DNA of 60,956 nucleotides, filler included. It is 7 parts of 7 records of this genome, joined end to end, with 100 filler letters (N's around TTAATTAATTAA, not from the genome) between each part and the next. Parts side by side here need not be neighbours in the genome. Positions count along the whole stretch, not along the records: positions 1 to 6,635 come from SRR31156797_36298; positions 6,736 to 14,597 come from SRR31156797_36329; 5 more parts are not named here. One strand, 5' to 3'. The notes beneath the pieces were generated by a model. The model was not told the DNA's origin and searched no databases. It worked only from the letters and a program-made list of their open reading frames with translations. This document shows, piece after piece, positions 1 through 9,993 of this stretch (its first letter is position 1; every line of letters starts with the position of its first letter). Position numbers and translations under genes: made by a program.

Positions 1-5
1 AACCT

Positions 6-517
6 ATGACACAGAATTTTGAAAACTCCCGAATTTCGAATTCTAATATCCATATCGGAGATAAAGTAATAAAAAGTGAAGAGGCTATAATTTATGAGAT
101 GAATAAAACAATAAATTATAGACTTCCTTTTAAAGCCTCATGGGCCTCCTTTGCGGGTGTTGTTGGCTTTATTGGAAGTCTGGCTATCATTTATAGTTTT
201 TTTTCAAATGGTTTTGCCCAGGCCTGCAACAGAACCATTGGTTCTTTCCAATATTGCCATTATCAATTCTGTTATTGTTCTTCGGTATTTTTCTTTTGAA
301 AAGCAGGTTTATTTGGCTTCAATTCTTCGGATTTAGTATCGATGATCAGGGTTATGTCAGGTTTATTTGTTTGAAAGGAAAATGCCCTTTATGTACAGGC
401 AATATTTCTGTCCGGTATTCCGGCCCAGAGGGAGCAAGGTCAATCGGGACATTATGTTCTCGAAATCCAGAGCAGCATCGATTTACTTTTGATCCAACAT
501 GGATAGATAATCTATAG
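6..517 (+). pseudogene. Membrane protein with C-terminal zinc-ribbon, split by a frameshift at a T8 run (197-204)
   Basis: ORFs 6..299 and 254..517 overlap. One extra T in the T8 run joins ...LAIIYSFF to FKWFCPGLQQNHWFFPILPLSILLLFFG...CPLC...CSRNPEQH, giving about 170 aa with two hydrophobic helices. Confidence 0.5.
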
Positions 518-923
518 CTAACAACAAAAAAAATGAGAATAGACAGCGAATGAGGGGTCGGGGTCACGTAACTTTCTAATATCGTGATGGTTTACTAAAA
601 AAATATGACATCTCTGATAAATAAATTCAAACAAATTTCCAAGTCAAAATCCAAAAGAAGAGGAACTCAACTTGGGAGTCTATTATATGAAGTGTTTGAT
701 CGTGAGAACATTTTGCTGGAAAAAATCCTATTTCAATGATGAATGAACCAAGATACCAGTTTAATTCCTTTTAACGATGTATCGATTTCATTTCTCAAAC
801 CATCTTGATTTTATAAGCGTGTAGGTTTTTGAGATAATATCTACCTTGCTCTTGAATAAATTAAAATATTTCAATACACCCTTAATCATTATTGAATTGA
901 ACTCTTTCAAGGAATCATAAAGT

Positions 924-3900
924 ATGCCCCTCGAGCGTGGTGGAATTGCAGATAAACTGGGAAATCGTTACGAAGCAAAATGGGTCGCCAGACAATTTTT
1001 GAATTTGCTTAATGAGGAGATCCGTTCAGTGACTGTCGAATCTTTGGGTGACGATGAACGCGGTGTTGATCTTTGGATCGAAACAAAAAATGGAATTTCT
1101 CAGGCTCATCAATGTAAATCACGTAATGCGAGCAAAGAATTCTGGAGCATTGGAGATCTTAGTCAGAAAGGAATTCTCAATAATTTACAATTTCAATTGG
1201 ATCGAAATCCTCAAGCAGAATTTTGTTTTGTATCCCATATCGGTTCATCCGTTTTTAATGATATTTGCGACTTTGCCCGTCGCTCGATAGATAGTCCATG
1301 CGTCTTCTACCAATATAAAATTAAAAAGCAAGGCAAAGAAGTACAAAAATGCTTTGATGAATTTTGTCGTCATCTTAATTTGGATAAGACAAATGAGAGC
1401 CAATTGGCTCAAGCTTTCGATTATCTCAAACGAACTTTCATTTATGTTTATCCTGATAGTTCGCAGGATTTGGAAACATCCGCTTCTTTTCTCATCAGCG
1501 GCTCCCCTGCCACAGTTCTTCCACATCTATTAACATTTGCGGCGTTCCCTGAAAATCTTTCCAGGCCTATTGATGCCTTAAAGCTTGGAGACTATCTTTC
1601 CAAACAAGGGTTCCCTCTTAAAAATTTGACCCATGATGATCGAATTGCTCCAGCTATTAACGAAAGGCAAAAGAGATTTTATAATTCTATTAATCATCTT
1701 TTGATTAATGGGACGCTTATCGGACGAAAAGAAACAAAAACTGTCTTGGCCGCAATTCATGAGGGGAAAAATGTAATTTTATCCGGCACCCCTGGAAGCG
1801 GGAAAACCGGAATTTTATTTGAACTCTGTGAAGAGTTAAGACAGCAGAGTATTCCCTTTCTGCCTATTCAGTTAGATCGATATACGCCCAAAAATACAGC
1901 AAGAGAGTTTGGCAAGGATTTGGGACTGCCGGACTGCCCTGCTTTTTCATTAAGTGCTTTGGCAGGGAATAATCCATCAGTGCTGATTCTCGACCAATTG
2001 GATGCCATTCGGTGGACCAGTTCACATGCCAAACATGCTCTGGATGTTTGTAGGGAAATAGAACGCCATATTCAAAATCGACAAAAAGAGGGTGCAAAAA
2101 TATCGATAATTTTATCCTGCAGAACATTTGACCTTAAAAATGATCCATCCATCAGAGGTTGGTTGGAAAAGTCAAAATATAGTAACTTTCAAGAAATTAT
2201 TGCAGACAAGTTATCTCCGGGAGAAATTAAACCAATCTATGGTAGCACGTTTGATAGACTTGATGAAAAAGTGAAAGAGCTTCTATCAAGCCCCTTGAAC
2301 CTGTTTCTATGGTCTCAAATCGCAGAATCTGGTGAGATCCCCATTTTTAGAACAGCCACCGATTTAATGCGTGCATTCTGGGATAATCGCAGAGAAATCA
2401 TATTTAAGAATACACCAGTTCAAGCAATGGAGTTGGATGATGTCGTTAATCTGATTGTTGATCTGATGGAACGTCAAGGTGTGATTTCTATTTCTAACAG
2501 AACTCTTTCCCCCTTTCCTGGTGTGAAGCAGGCGCTTCTTTCATACGGAATCCTTAATGAGACAGATAATAGAATTACCTTTTGTCATCAAAGCTATCTG
2601 GATTATCTCGTCGCAGAAAGGCTTTTAAACAAGATAGAAACCGGAAGTGGGAATATCAAAGATTGGTTAGGGGAGAAAAATCAGCAAACTCTTTTTCGGC
2701 GAGAGCAACTACGACAAGCTCTCGTAATGCTTGTAGAAGAATCAAAAAAAGATTTTTTCACCGTCGTTAAATCCTTACTTGAAAGTGAAAATATCAGGTT
2801 CCATATAAAGCATTTGGTTCTTGAAATATTGAGCGCATTACCTTCTCCTCCTCGCTCCATTTTGAACTATTCTACCGAACTTATTGGTACTCCTGATTTT
2901 CGGGACCATATGTTTCAGACGGTTTTCTTGGGACATGGTTCATATATTAAATTCATGATTGAAAACGGTCTCATTGATGAATGGATTAAATCCGAGGATG
3001 ATAAAACAAAGCAACGTGCTTTGTCTTTGTTGGCTTCGGCTTCTGATTCAATACCGGATGCAGTCTCAGACTCTTTGGAACCATTTTTTAATAGGGACGA
3101 TGATTGGAATAAAAAAATATTGGATGCATTAGCATGGGATGTCGCAAATGATTCAGAAGCCATGTTTTCATTACGTATAAAACTGTTGAAGTCAGGGACA
3201 AAATATCGATTTTTACATTTTGAACAACTTGCAAAATCTCATCCCCTCAGGTGTATATCCATTATTGAGGCGCTTCTTCATTGTTGGTCTCAAGATGAGA
3301 AAAAACGATCGAAGTCACGATTTAAAAGATGGCATGAAAAAGAATTTAAGGCACTCAAAAATGCAGCAGAATTATACCCGGAAGAAATTTGGACTCAACT
3401 TCTCCCCCATGTAATACGTCTGACATCAGGGGCTAAAAGTGAATATGACCCTGAACTTGAACCATGGATTCGAAATCGTTTCCATAGAACTGATGGCATT
3501 GAATTTGAGCGGGGTGTTGTTGAGTTGATTATGGTTGCTGGTAAAACCATAGCTGGCCAATCACCGGAGCGTTTCATTACTTTTGCAGAAAAGATTGATG
3601 CTCAGGCTAAAAATCACATCATAGAAGAGATATGCATTGAAAGTTATGTCTGTCTTCATAATAATTTTGCCGATCATGGTATCTTATGGGTTCTTCAGGA
3701 TCATTCTCGTTTTCGACTTGGAGATGGCAGCACCGAAACGGAATGGGCTCCCGCCGTCAGATTGATTGAAAGCCTTTCGCCTCATTGTTCTTTGTCTTTA
3801 TTCAGGGATCTTGAAAATCAGATCACCCATTATCATGATCCTCGTGAAAGGCAGTTGGCAGAGCGAATTTTGAAATATTGGAAAGAAGGGTACTACAGTC

Positions 3901-5528
3901 ACTATTGGGGGAAAACACAATATTTCTTATTACCTGCTTTGGACCCCAAACGGGTTCAACAAAAGACTTTAGATTTAATCCGGGTTTTAAAAAGAAAATT
4001 TAAAGGTTACTCAAAGGATCGCTTTCTAAAAATCAGATATAGCGGTATGTATTCAGTCTCCTCAAGTTTGACACCGTCCCTCCATAATATAAGTGATCGG
4101 GCTTGGTTGGATATAGTATCCAAGCCCGATTTAAAATCTCATGTGGATAGATGGAGTAAACCAAGAGGGCAAAGAATCTATGAAACATCTGTTGAACACT
4201 ATTCTCGCAGCCTGGAGACCGTTGCAAAGCAAAATCCGGAAAGATTTGGAAAGCTTGCACTTCGATTTCCAAGTAACATTGCTCCGGGATATATTGCCGC
4301 CATATTCAGTGCGTGCTATCTTAAAAAACCTGAAGCAAATAGCACCGAGCAAAATTTGGCTCATTGGCAGCCAGTTACAGCGGAAATAATAGAAAGTATT
4401 ATTGAGAAATTTGATCCGGGCGATGACAGGGAAGCTGCCATTGCATTTTGTCGTCTTATCACGAATAGAAGCGAAGAAAATTGGTCAGACAGGATTTTAG
4501 AACGCATCGTCCATTACGCAAAACACCATCCAGATCTTGATCCGGGCAAATTAAATGTTCATTGTGACCAATCAGCGGATGAAGCGTCGGTCGATGTTCT
4601 TCACCTAAACACCATTAATTGTGTTCGTGGCGTAGCAGCAGGAGCCATTGGGAATTTGATCTATGACCATCCTGATGTACTGGAAAAAGTGGAAGATGGT
4701 ATTGTCGCTTTAATCAGGGATTCTCATCCTGCTGTCCGCATGGCCGCTGGAGCAATGCTAATACCAGTTTTAAATATTGACAAAGACAAAGCCGTTTTTT
4801 GGTTCGAAAAGGCTTGTAGTTCAGATCTTAGGGTTGCAGCCTCTCCAGCACTCCGGCCTTTTTATAATTCAGTTATACCGGACTATATAAAAGAAATTGG
4901 CCAAATCATTAAGCGTATGGTTGATTCGAATATAGATGAAGTCGTTAAAGAAGGGAGTACTGAGGTTACGGCCCGTTATTTGTTTTATGGTGTGTTTAAG
5001 GATGAGTTCGAAAAATGTAAAATCGGGTCGACGGTTCAAAGGGAAGGTGTTGCACAGATCGCCAAACAGTTGATTTGTAGACCCGACCTGGCGCCTCAGT
5101 GCAGAGAAATTATTGCAGACTATCTGAATGATCCTGATAAAGAGGTTCGAAACCAAATTGGATCATTGTTTTGGGATGAAAGTTTTTTAAATACTGATGC
5201 GAACAAGTCTCTTATTCTATCGTTTATAGAATCTCAAACATTTCCTGAAAATCAGGAGATGTTTATAGGGGCATTGAAAGACTATACGGGTTCCGTTTCG
5301 TTTCTATCGCAAATTATTTTTTCTATTTGTGATGTGGTCATTCAATCAAAAGAAGATGTTCACTATGGCTTCGCAGGAGATATTGGTCCATTATTATTCC
5401 GTCTTTATGAAGCAGCTATTAAAGATGAGGATGAGCAAATGATAGATTGCTGCCTGGATAAGCTGGATTTATTATTTCAAAACAGGATCGGTATTGTCAG
5501 TGATTTGACAAAAGCTTTGTTGCTATAA
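924..5528 (+). CDS. PD-(D/E)xK nuclease-STAND NTPase-helical repeat protein (Avs/bacterial NLR-like candidate antiphage protein), 1534 aa
   Basis: N-terminal GNRYE...GVDLW...HQCK nuclease-like motif; Walker A GTPGSGKT; Walker B VLILDQLD; SCR sensor; SPLNL; FCHQSYLDY winged-helix motif; long HEAT/ARM-like C-terminus. RBS-like AAGGA upstream. Confidence 0.8.
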   Translation: MPLERGGIADKLGNRYEAKWVARQFLNLLNEEIRSVTVESLGDDERGVDLWIETKNGISQAHQCKSRNASKEFWSIGDLSQKGILNNLQFQLDRNPQAEFCFVSHIGSSVFNDICDFARRSIDSPCVFYQYKIKKQGKEVQKCFDEFCRHLNLDKTNESQLAQAFDYLKRTFIYVYPDSSQDLETSASFLISGSPATVLPHLLTFAAFPENLSRPIDALKLGDYLSKQGFPLKNLTHDDRIAPAINERQKRFYNSINHLLINGTLIGRKETKTVLAAIHEGKNVILSGTPGSGKTGILFELCEELRQQSIPFLPIQLDRYTPKNTAREFGKDLGLPDCPAFSLSALAGNNPSVLILDQLDAIRWTSSHAKHALDVCREIERHIQNRQKEGAKISIILSCRTFDLKNDPSIRGWLEKSKYSNFQEIIADKLSPGEIKPIYGSTFDRLDEKVKELLSSPLNLFLWSQIAESGEIPIFRTATDLMRAFWDNRREIIFKNTPVQAMELDDVVNLIVDLMERQGVISISNRTLSPFPGVKQALLSYGILNETDNRITFCHQSYLDYLVAERLLNKIETGSGNIKDWLGEKNQQTLFRREQLRQALVMLVEESKKDFFTVVKSLLESENIRFHIKHLVLEILSALPSPPRSILNYSTELIGTPDFRDHMFQTVFLGHGSYIKFMIENGLIDEWIKSEDDKTKQRALSLLASASDSIPDAVSDSLEPFFNRDDDWNKKILDALAWDVANDSEAMFSLRIKLLKSGTKYRFLHFEQLAKSHPLRCISIIEALLHCWSQDEKKRSKSRFKRWHEKEFKALKNAAELYPEEIWTQLLPHVIRLTSGAKSEYDPELEPWIRNRFHRTDGIEFERGVVELIMVAGKTIAGQSPERFITFAEKIDAQAKNHIIEEICIESYVCLHNNFADHGILWVLQDHSRFRLGDGSTETEWAPAVRLIESLSPHCSLSLFRDLENQITHYHDPRERQLAERILKYWKEGYYSHYWGKTQYFLLPALDPKRVQQKTLDLIRVLKRKFKGYSKDRFLKIRYSGMYSVSSSLTPSLHNISDRAWLDIVSKPDLKSHVDRWSKPRGQRIYETSVEHYSRSLETVAKQNPERFGKLALRFPSNIAPGYIAAIFSACYLKKPEANSTEQNLAHWQPVTAEIIESIIEKFDPGDDREAAIAFCRLITNRSEENWSDRILERIVHYAKHHPDLDPGKLNVHCDQSADEASVDVLHLNTINCVRGVAAGAIGNLIYDHPDVLEKVEDGIVALIRDSHPAVRMAAGAMLIPVLNIDKDKAVFWFEKACSSDLRVAASPALRPFYNSVIPDYIKEIGQIIKRMVDSNIDEVVKEGSTEVTARYLFYGVFKDEFEKCKIGSTVQREGVAQIAKQLICRPDLAPQCREIIADYLNDPDKEVRNQIGSLFWDESFLNTDANKSLILSFIESQTFPENQEMFIGALKDYTGSVSFLSQIIFSICDVVIQSKEDVHYGFAGDIGPLLFRLYEAAIKDEDEQMIDCCLDKLDLLFQNRIGIVSDLTKALLL

Positions 5529-5766
5529 AATAGTAAAGCAAATTGGGCAAACAATTAATTCATCTATTCCGGCACAATATTACCATTAGGATCTTGTTTT
5601 ACATTGGAAATGTATATAATGGACCCCAGAATTTGAACCAGTTAAGATGAAATGAAGATGTTATATATCCCGAAAGGTATTTGAAGGAAAGTGGGGTCGG
5701 ACCAAACAAGATTTTGCAAGTTACATATATAGCGGCACGACAAATGTATGGGAAATCAATGTTTTT

Positions 5767-6480
5767 ATGAAGCATGAATATGGCGACAATATAGCAAAAC
5801 ACTACGCAGCATACAGGCCTGCGCTGCATAAAGTGATTCTAAATCGTCTGGTTCATCCTGACGAGCATTTCAAGAATGGCATTGATATCGGCTGTGGGAC
5901 AGGCTGTTCAACAATAGCCCTTGCAGAGTATTGCGACAAAGTAGTTGGTTTAGATCTTAATAGGGCAATGCTTGACAATGCTGTCGCAAATCCAAAAATC
6001 TCATATGTTAAAGGAGAGGGAGATGATTTTACTGATTTTGAGCAAGGTCATTTTGATGTGGCCTCTTTTGCAGGATCACTCTCCTATATGAAAACTGAGA
6101 AGTTAAGATCGGAATTAATACGTACTCTGTCTCCGGAAGGGTTAGTACTCGTCTATGACTTTCAAATATTCCTCCATGATCTTATGGAAACCTTGGAAGG
6201 TGGATATTCTCCACAGAAATTTAAGTACAACTTTGAAGAGAGCTTGAAGGACTGGTCTGAGTTTTCATCTGAAATGGCTGATACTGATCATATCGGGTTA
6301 AATTTATCGAAACAGGAGACCGCACATATTCTATTGGCCAATTCATACCGATACCAATTGTTTCAAAATAAATTTAAAGAGACTGATCCATTTAATTGTC
6401 TGGTAGAATATGTTCAAAATCAGCACATTGAACCAAATGTGAAAGCCAAAATCTACTTTGCTCGGTATCGACTATTATGA
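5767..6480 (+). CDS. Class I SAM-dependent methyltransferase
   Basis: Motif I IDIGCGTG, VGLD and the N-terminal Y..YRP pattern of Methyltransf_11/25-type enzymes. Confidence 0.85.
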   Translation: MKHEYGDNIAKHYAAYRPALHKVILNRLVHPDEHFKNGIDIGCGTGCSTIALAEYCDKVVGLDLNRAMLDNAVANPKISYVKGEGDDFTDFEQGHFDVASFAGSLSYMKTEKLRSELIRTLSPEGLVLVYDFQIFLHDLMETLEGGYSPQKFKYNFEESLKDWSEFSSEMADTDHIGLNLSKQETAHILLANSYRYQLFQNKFKETDPFNCLVEYVQNQHIEPNVKAKIYFARYRLL

Positions 6481-6635
6481 TGTACAATAGAAGGAGAAAC
6501 CGAGTCTTGAAACATAAAATTTCTACACTAAAATAAAATTGGGTTCAGAGTTAAATTAAAGACAAGCCAAATGAAGCGGATCAGCCCATGGCCTACCGCA
6601 GTCCCTCAGGGGAAAGGGAGGTCCGGAAAATCTCA

Positions 6636-6735
6636 NNNNNNNNNNNNNNNNNNNNNNNNNNNNNNNNNNNNNNNNNNNNTTAATTAATTAANNNNNNNNN
6701 NNNNNNNNNNNNNNNNNNNNNNNNNNNNNNNNNNN
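6636..6735. other. Artificial contig linker (N run + TTAATTAATTAA + N run)
   Basis: 100-nt spacer with stops in all six frames; the same spacer recurs six times. Confidence 0.98.
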
Positions 6736-6737
6736 TA

Positions 6738-7604
6738 AAAGATGTCAAATTTGATGTTCTAAATATAGCAAATAATCATATTCTGGATTTAGGGACAGAA
6801 GGCTTCAAAAATACGCTAAACGTTCTAAGTCGCAATGGTCTGAATTATATTGGTGCTAATGATAAAAAATCAAAAAGCCTGATATTAGAGAAAAACGATC
6901 TTAAGTTCGGTTTTCTTGGATATACAATTGGACGTTTCAAAGAAATAAATGGAATTTCCCCAAACAAGATAAATGAAAAACAGATTATTTTTGATATAAA
7001 AAATCTTAAAGATAAATGTGATTTTATTGTTGTTTCTTTGCATTGGGGTACTGAAAATGTGTTTTACCCTTCACCAAAACAAATTGAACTTGCACATCAT
7101 TTGATAGATAGCGGTGCTACTTTAATACTAGGCCATCATCCTCATGTGCTTCAAGGTATTGAAAAATACAATGAAGGACTAATTGCTTACTCATTGGGAA
7201 ATTTCCAGTTTGATACTAAGTTATCTCAAAGTAAAACAAATGATTCTATTATTTTATCTGTTGAATTTGATGAAAATGGGCTCACTAATTACGAGATAAT
7301 TCCAGTGGTTATTGATGAAAACTTTTTGCCAAAAGTGGCTGAAGACGATGTTAAAGAAACGATTTTAAATTTTGTTGATAATATATCCCATCCCTTACTC
7401 AATAAAAAAATCACAAACAAATGGTGGTTTGAAGAGATTGGCAAAGAATACTTAGCTGGAAATTTTAATAGCTACATAACTAGAATTAAGAAGTATGGAA
7501 TATTGCCATTTGTTGAGTGTTGTTTTTGGCTTGTTACTCCATTTTGTTTAAAGTGCTATGCAGGAATAATAAGGCATAATATGCGATGTAAGAGGTTAGG
7601 TTAA
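6738..7604 (+). CDS. CapA/PgsA-family metallophosphoesterase-fold protein, 5'-truncated by contig edge
   Basis: The frame is open from the contig start: NIANNHILDLG, SLHWGTE, ILGHHPHVLQGIE, YSLGNF are CapA-family motifs. Confidence 0.85.
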   Translation, partial: KDVKFDVLNIANNHILDLGTEGFKNTLNVLSRNGLNYIGANDKKSKSLILEKNDLKFGFLGYTIGRFKEINGISPNKINEKQIIFDIKNLKDKCDFIVVSLHWGTENVFYPSPKQIELAHHLIDSGATLILGHHPHVLQGIEKYNEGLIAYSLGNFQFDTKLSQSKTNDSIILSVEFDENGLTNYEIIPVVIDENFLPKVAEDDVKETILNFVDNISHPLLNKKITNKWWFEEIGKEYLAGNFNSYITRIKKYGILPFVECCFWLVTPFCLKCYAGIIRHNMRCKRLG

Positions 7605-8791
7605 TGAAAATACTACAAGTAACCAATTTTTTTAAACCCTCTTTTGAATCTGGAGGTGTAGCAAGAGTTGCCTATAACATTTCTAAACATCTGGTAGATA
7701 ATGGCCATGATGTAACAGTTTTCACAACAAATCGTAGTTTAAAGAACATAAAAGTAGAAACTAACAAGGCTTTAGATGTAGAAGGAATGAATGTTTATTA
7801 TTTTGAAAATTTAAGAAAATATTTCCCAGTCAAAATTCCTCCTTTTGCCTATTATTTACCATTTGTAGCTAATAAAATAATTCAAAATTTTGATATTATT
7901 CATATTCATGAACATAGAACGCTTCTTGCGATAATCATCCATCACTATGCCACAAAGCATAATATTCCATATGTTGTACAACCTCATGGTTCAGTTTTGC
8001 CATTTTTCCAAAGTGTGGCTTTCAAGAGATTTTTTGATCTATTTTTTGGAAATCGAATATTGAACGATGCTTCGGCATTGATTGCTTTAACAAAAACTGA
8101 ATCTGAGCAAATAAAAAAAATGGCACATTGCGATAATATAACTATAATTCCAAATGGGATTGACATATCTGAGTACAGAGATTTACCAAAAAAAGGAAAA
8201 TTCAGAAGAAAATATTCAATTAAAGATGATGAAAAAATTATTTTGTTTTTGGGAAGAATAAATAAAATAAAAGGTATTGATTTACTTATAGAAGCTTTTT
8301 CAAATTTGAATCATGAAGTGAATAATATTAAGCTTGTTATTGCTGGTCCTGACGATGGAAGCTTAAACAATTTAAAAGAGCAAGTATGTGATTTAGATCT
8401 TGAACATGAAGTTTTATTCACAGGTCCACTTTATGGACGGAATAAGCTGGAAGCTTATATAGATGCTGATATTTACGTTTTACCATCTCGATATGAAACA
8501 TTTCCAAATACTGTTCTTGAAGCTTCTGCTTGTGGAACTCCAGTGATTATTACTGACAGATGTGGAATTACTGATGTAGTTGAAGGAAAACTCGGATTGG
8601 TAGTTGAGTTTGACAAAGAAAAAATAAAAAATGCAATATCTAAGTCTTTGAATGATAGCAATTCTATTAAAAAAGATATGGGTGATGTACAACTTGTAAA
8701 AGAGTATTTTAATTGGTCCAACGTTATCAAACAAATAGAAGATCTGTATAGCATCTGTTCAAAAAGTAGTAACAAGGGAGTAACTAAATAA
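7604..8791 (+). CDS. Glycosyltransferase family 4 (GT-B)
   Basis: FLGRINKIKGIDLLIEAF and PSRYETFPNTVLEASACGTPVI (E-x7-E motif). Confidence 0.92.
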   Translation: MKILQVTNFFKPSFESGGVARVAYNISKHLVDNGHDVTVFTTNRSLKNIKVETNKALDVEGMNVYYFENLRKYFPVKIPPFAYYLPFVANKIIQNFDIIHIHEHRTLLAIIIHHYATKHNIPYVVQPHGSVLPFFQSVAFKRFFDLFFGNRILNDASALIALTKTESEQIKKMAHCDNITIIPNGIDISEYRDLPKKGKFRRKYSIKDDEKIILFLGRINKIKGIDLLIEAFSNLNHEVNNIKLVIAGPDDGSLNNLKEQVCDLDLEHEVLFTGPLYGRNKLEAYIDADIYVLPSRYETFPNTVLEASACGTPVIITDRCGITDVVEGKLGLVVEFDKEKIKNAISKSLNDSNSIKKDMGDVQLVKEYFNWSNVIKQIEDLYSICSKSSNKGVTK

Positions 8792-8825
8792 CTTTATTAA
8801 TCTTTAAAGATAAGTTGGGGGTCAT

Positions 8826-9977
8826 TTGGTGACAAAAATTAGAGTTGCACTTCTTCATAACATTATATCTCCTTATAGGATACCTTTATTTGAATCTTTG
8901 TCCAGCCAACCTACAATAGATTTAAATGTATATTTTTGTGCAGAAACACAAAAAAAAAGAAAATGGGATGTAACACAAAGTAAATTATATAATTATGAAG
9001 TATTGTCTGGTTTTACATTAGAAAACTCAAATGCTACTTTTCACATAAATCCATCCATAATTCCAATATTAATTAAAGAAAAATATGATGTTGTTATAAT
9101 TAGTGGTAATCCAGATTTTACAACTTACTTCACATTTATTACTTCCAAGTTATTAAATATTCCTACAGTTTGGTGGTCAGAAGGTATCGAAAGTTCGCAA
9201 TCAAAACTAGGTAAAGTAATAAAACCATTAACAAAATATATCGTAAGAAAAGTTGATTCTGTAATTGTTCCTGGTAGTTTGTCTCAAAATTACCATATTA
9301 GAATGGGTGCATCTTCAGAAAAAATCTTTTTTGCACCTAATATTGTAAACAATGATCAATATATCAATAAAAGTTCAAGTTTCAAGAAGAATAAAGGTAG
9401 CTTGAAAAAGCAACTTGGTTTTGAAAACAAAAAAATAATACTCTATGTGGGGCAATTGATTGAAAGGAAAGGTGTTGAATACTTAATAGGTGCTTACGAA
9501 AAAATAAAAAAAGAGGATGAAAACATTTCCTTAGTCATAGTGGGAGATGGTGTTTCAAGAAATAAATTTGAAAATTTTTGTATTGACAATCGTATAAAGG
9601 ATGTTTTTTTTAAAGGTTGGGTATCCGAAGAAGAAAAAATAATGTTCTATTCACTTTCCGATTTGTTTGTACTTCCTACACTTAAAGATGTATGGGGGTT
9701 AGTTATAAATGAAGCTATGTGTTGTGGTTTGCCTGTAATCTCAACAAATGCAGCGGGTTCATCTGTAGATATGATTCAGCATGGTGAAAATGGCTATGTT
9801 GTTAAGCCTTCAAATGTTAATGAATTGTATGTTACAATTGAAAATATAATTTATAATGAAAAACTGAAAGAAGATATGGGTCAAAAATCGTTATCGATTG
9901 TAGAGAGTAAATTTAGTTTGGATAGTATGGTAGATGGATTTATTTCTGCTATATTATATGCTAAGCTTAATAGATAA
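8826..9977 (+). CDS. Glycosyltransferase family 4
   Basis: YVGQLIERKGVEYLI and DVWGLVINEAMCCGLPVI. Confidence 0.92.
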   Translation: MVTKIRVALLHNIISPYRIPLFESLSSQPTIDLNVYFCAETQKKRKWDVTQSKLYNYEVLSGFTLENSNATFHINPSIIPILIKEKYDVVIISGNPDFTTYFTFITSKLLNIPTVWWSEGIESSQSKLGKVIKPLTKYIVRKVDSVIVPGSLSQNYHIRMGASSEKIFFAPNIVNNDQYINKSSSFKKNKGSLKKQLGFENKKIILYVGQLIERKGVEYLIGAYEKIKKEDENISLVIVGDGVSRNKFENFCIDNRIKDVFFKGWVSEEEKIMFYSLSDLFVLPTLKDVWGLVINEAMCCGLPVISTNAAGSSVDMIQHGENGYVVKPSNVNELYVTIENIIYNEKLKEDMGQKSLSIVESKFSLDSMVDGFISAILYAKLNR

Positions 9978-9993
9978 ATCACTGTGTGATACT

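Noticed and set aside
6680-6691. TTAATTAATTAA repeated six times as a biological repeat
   Set aside because: Always centred in N runs of fixed length; it is an assembly spacer.
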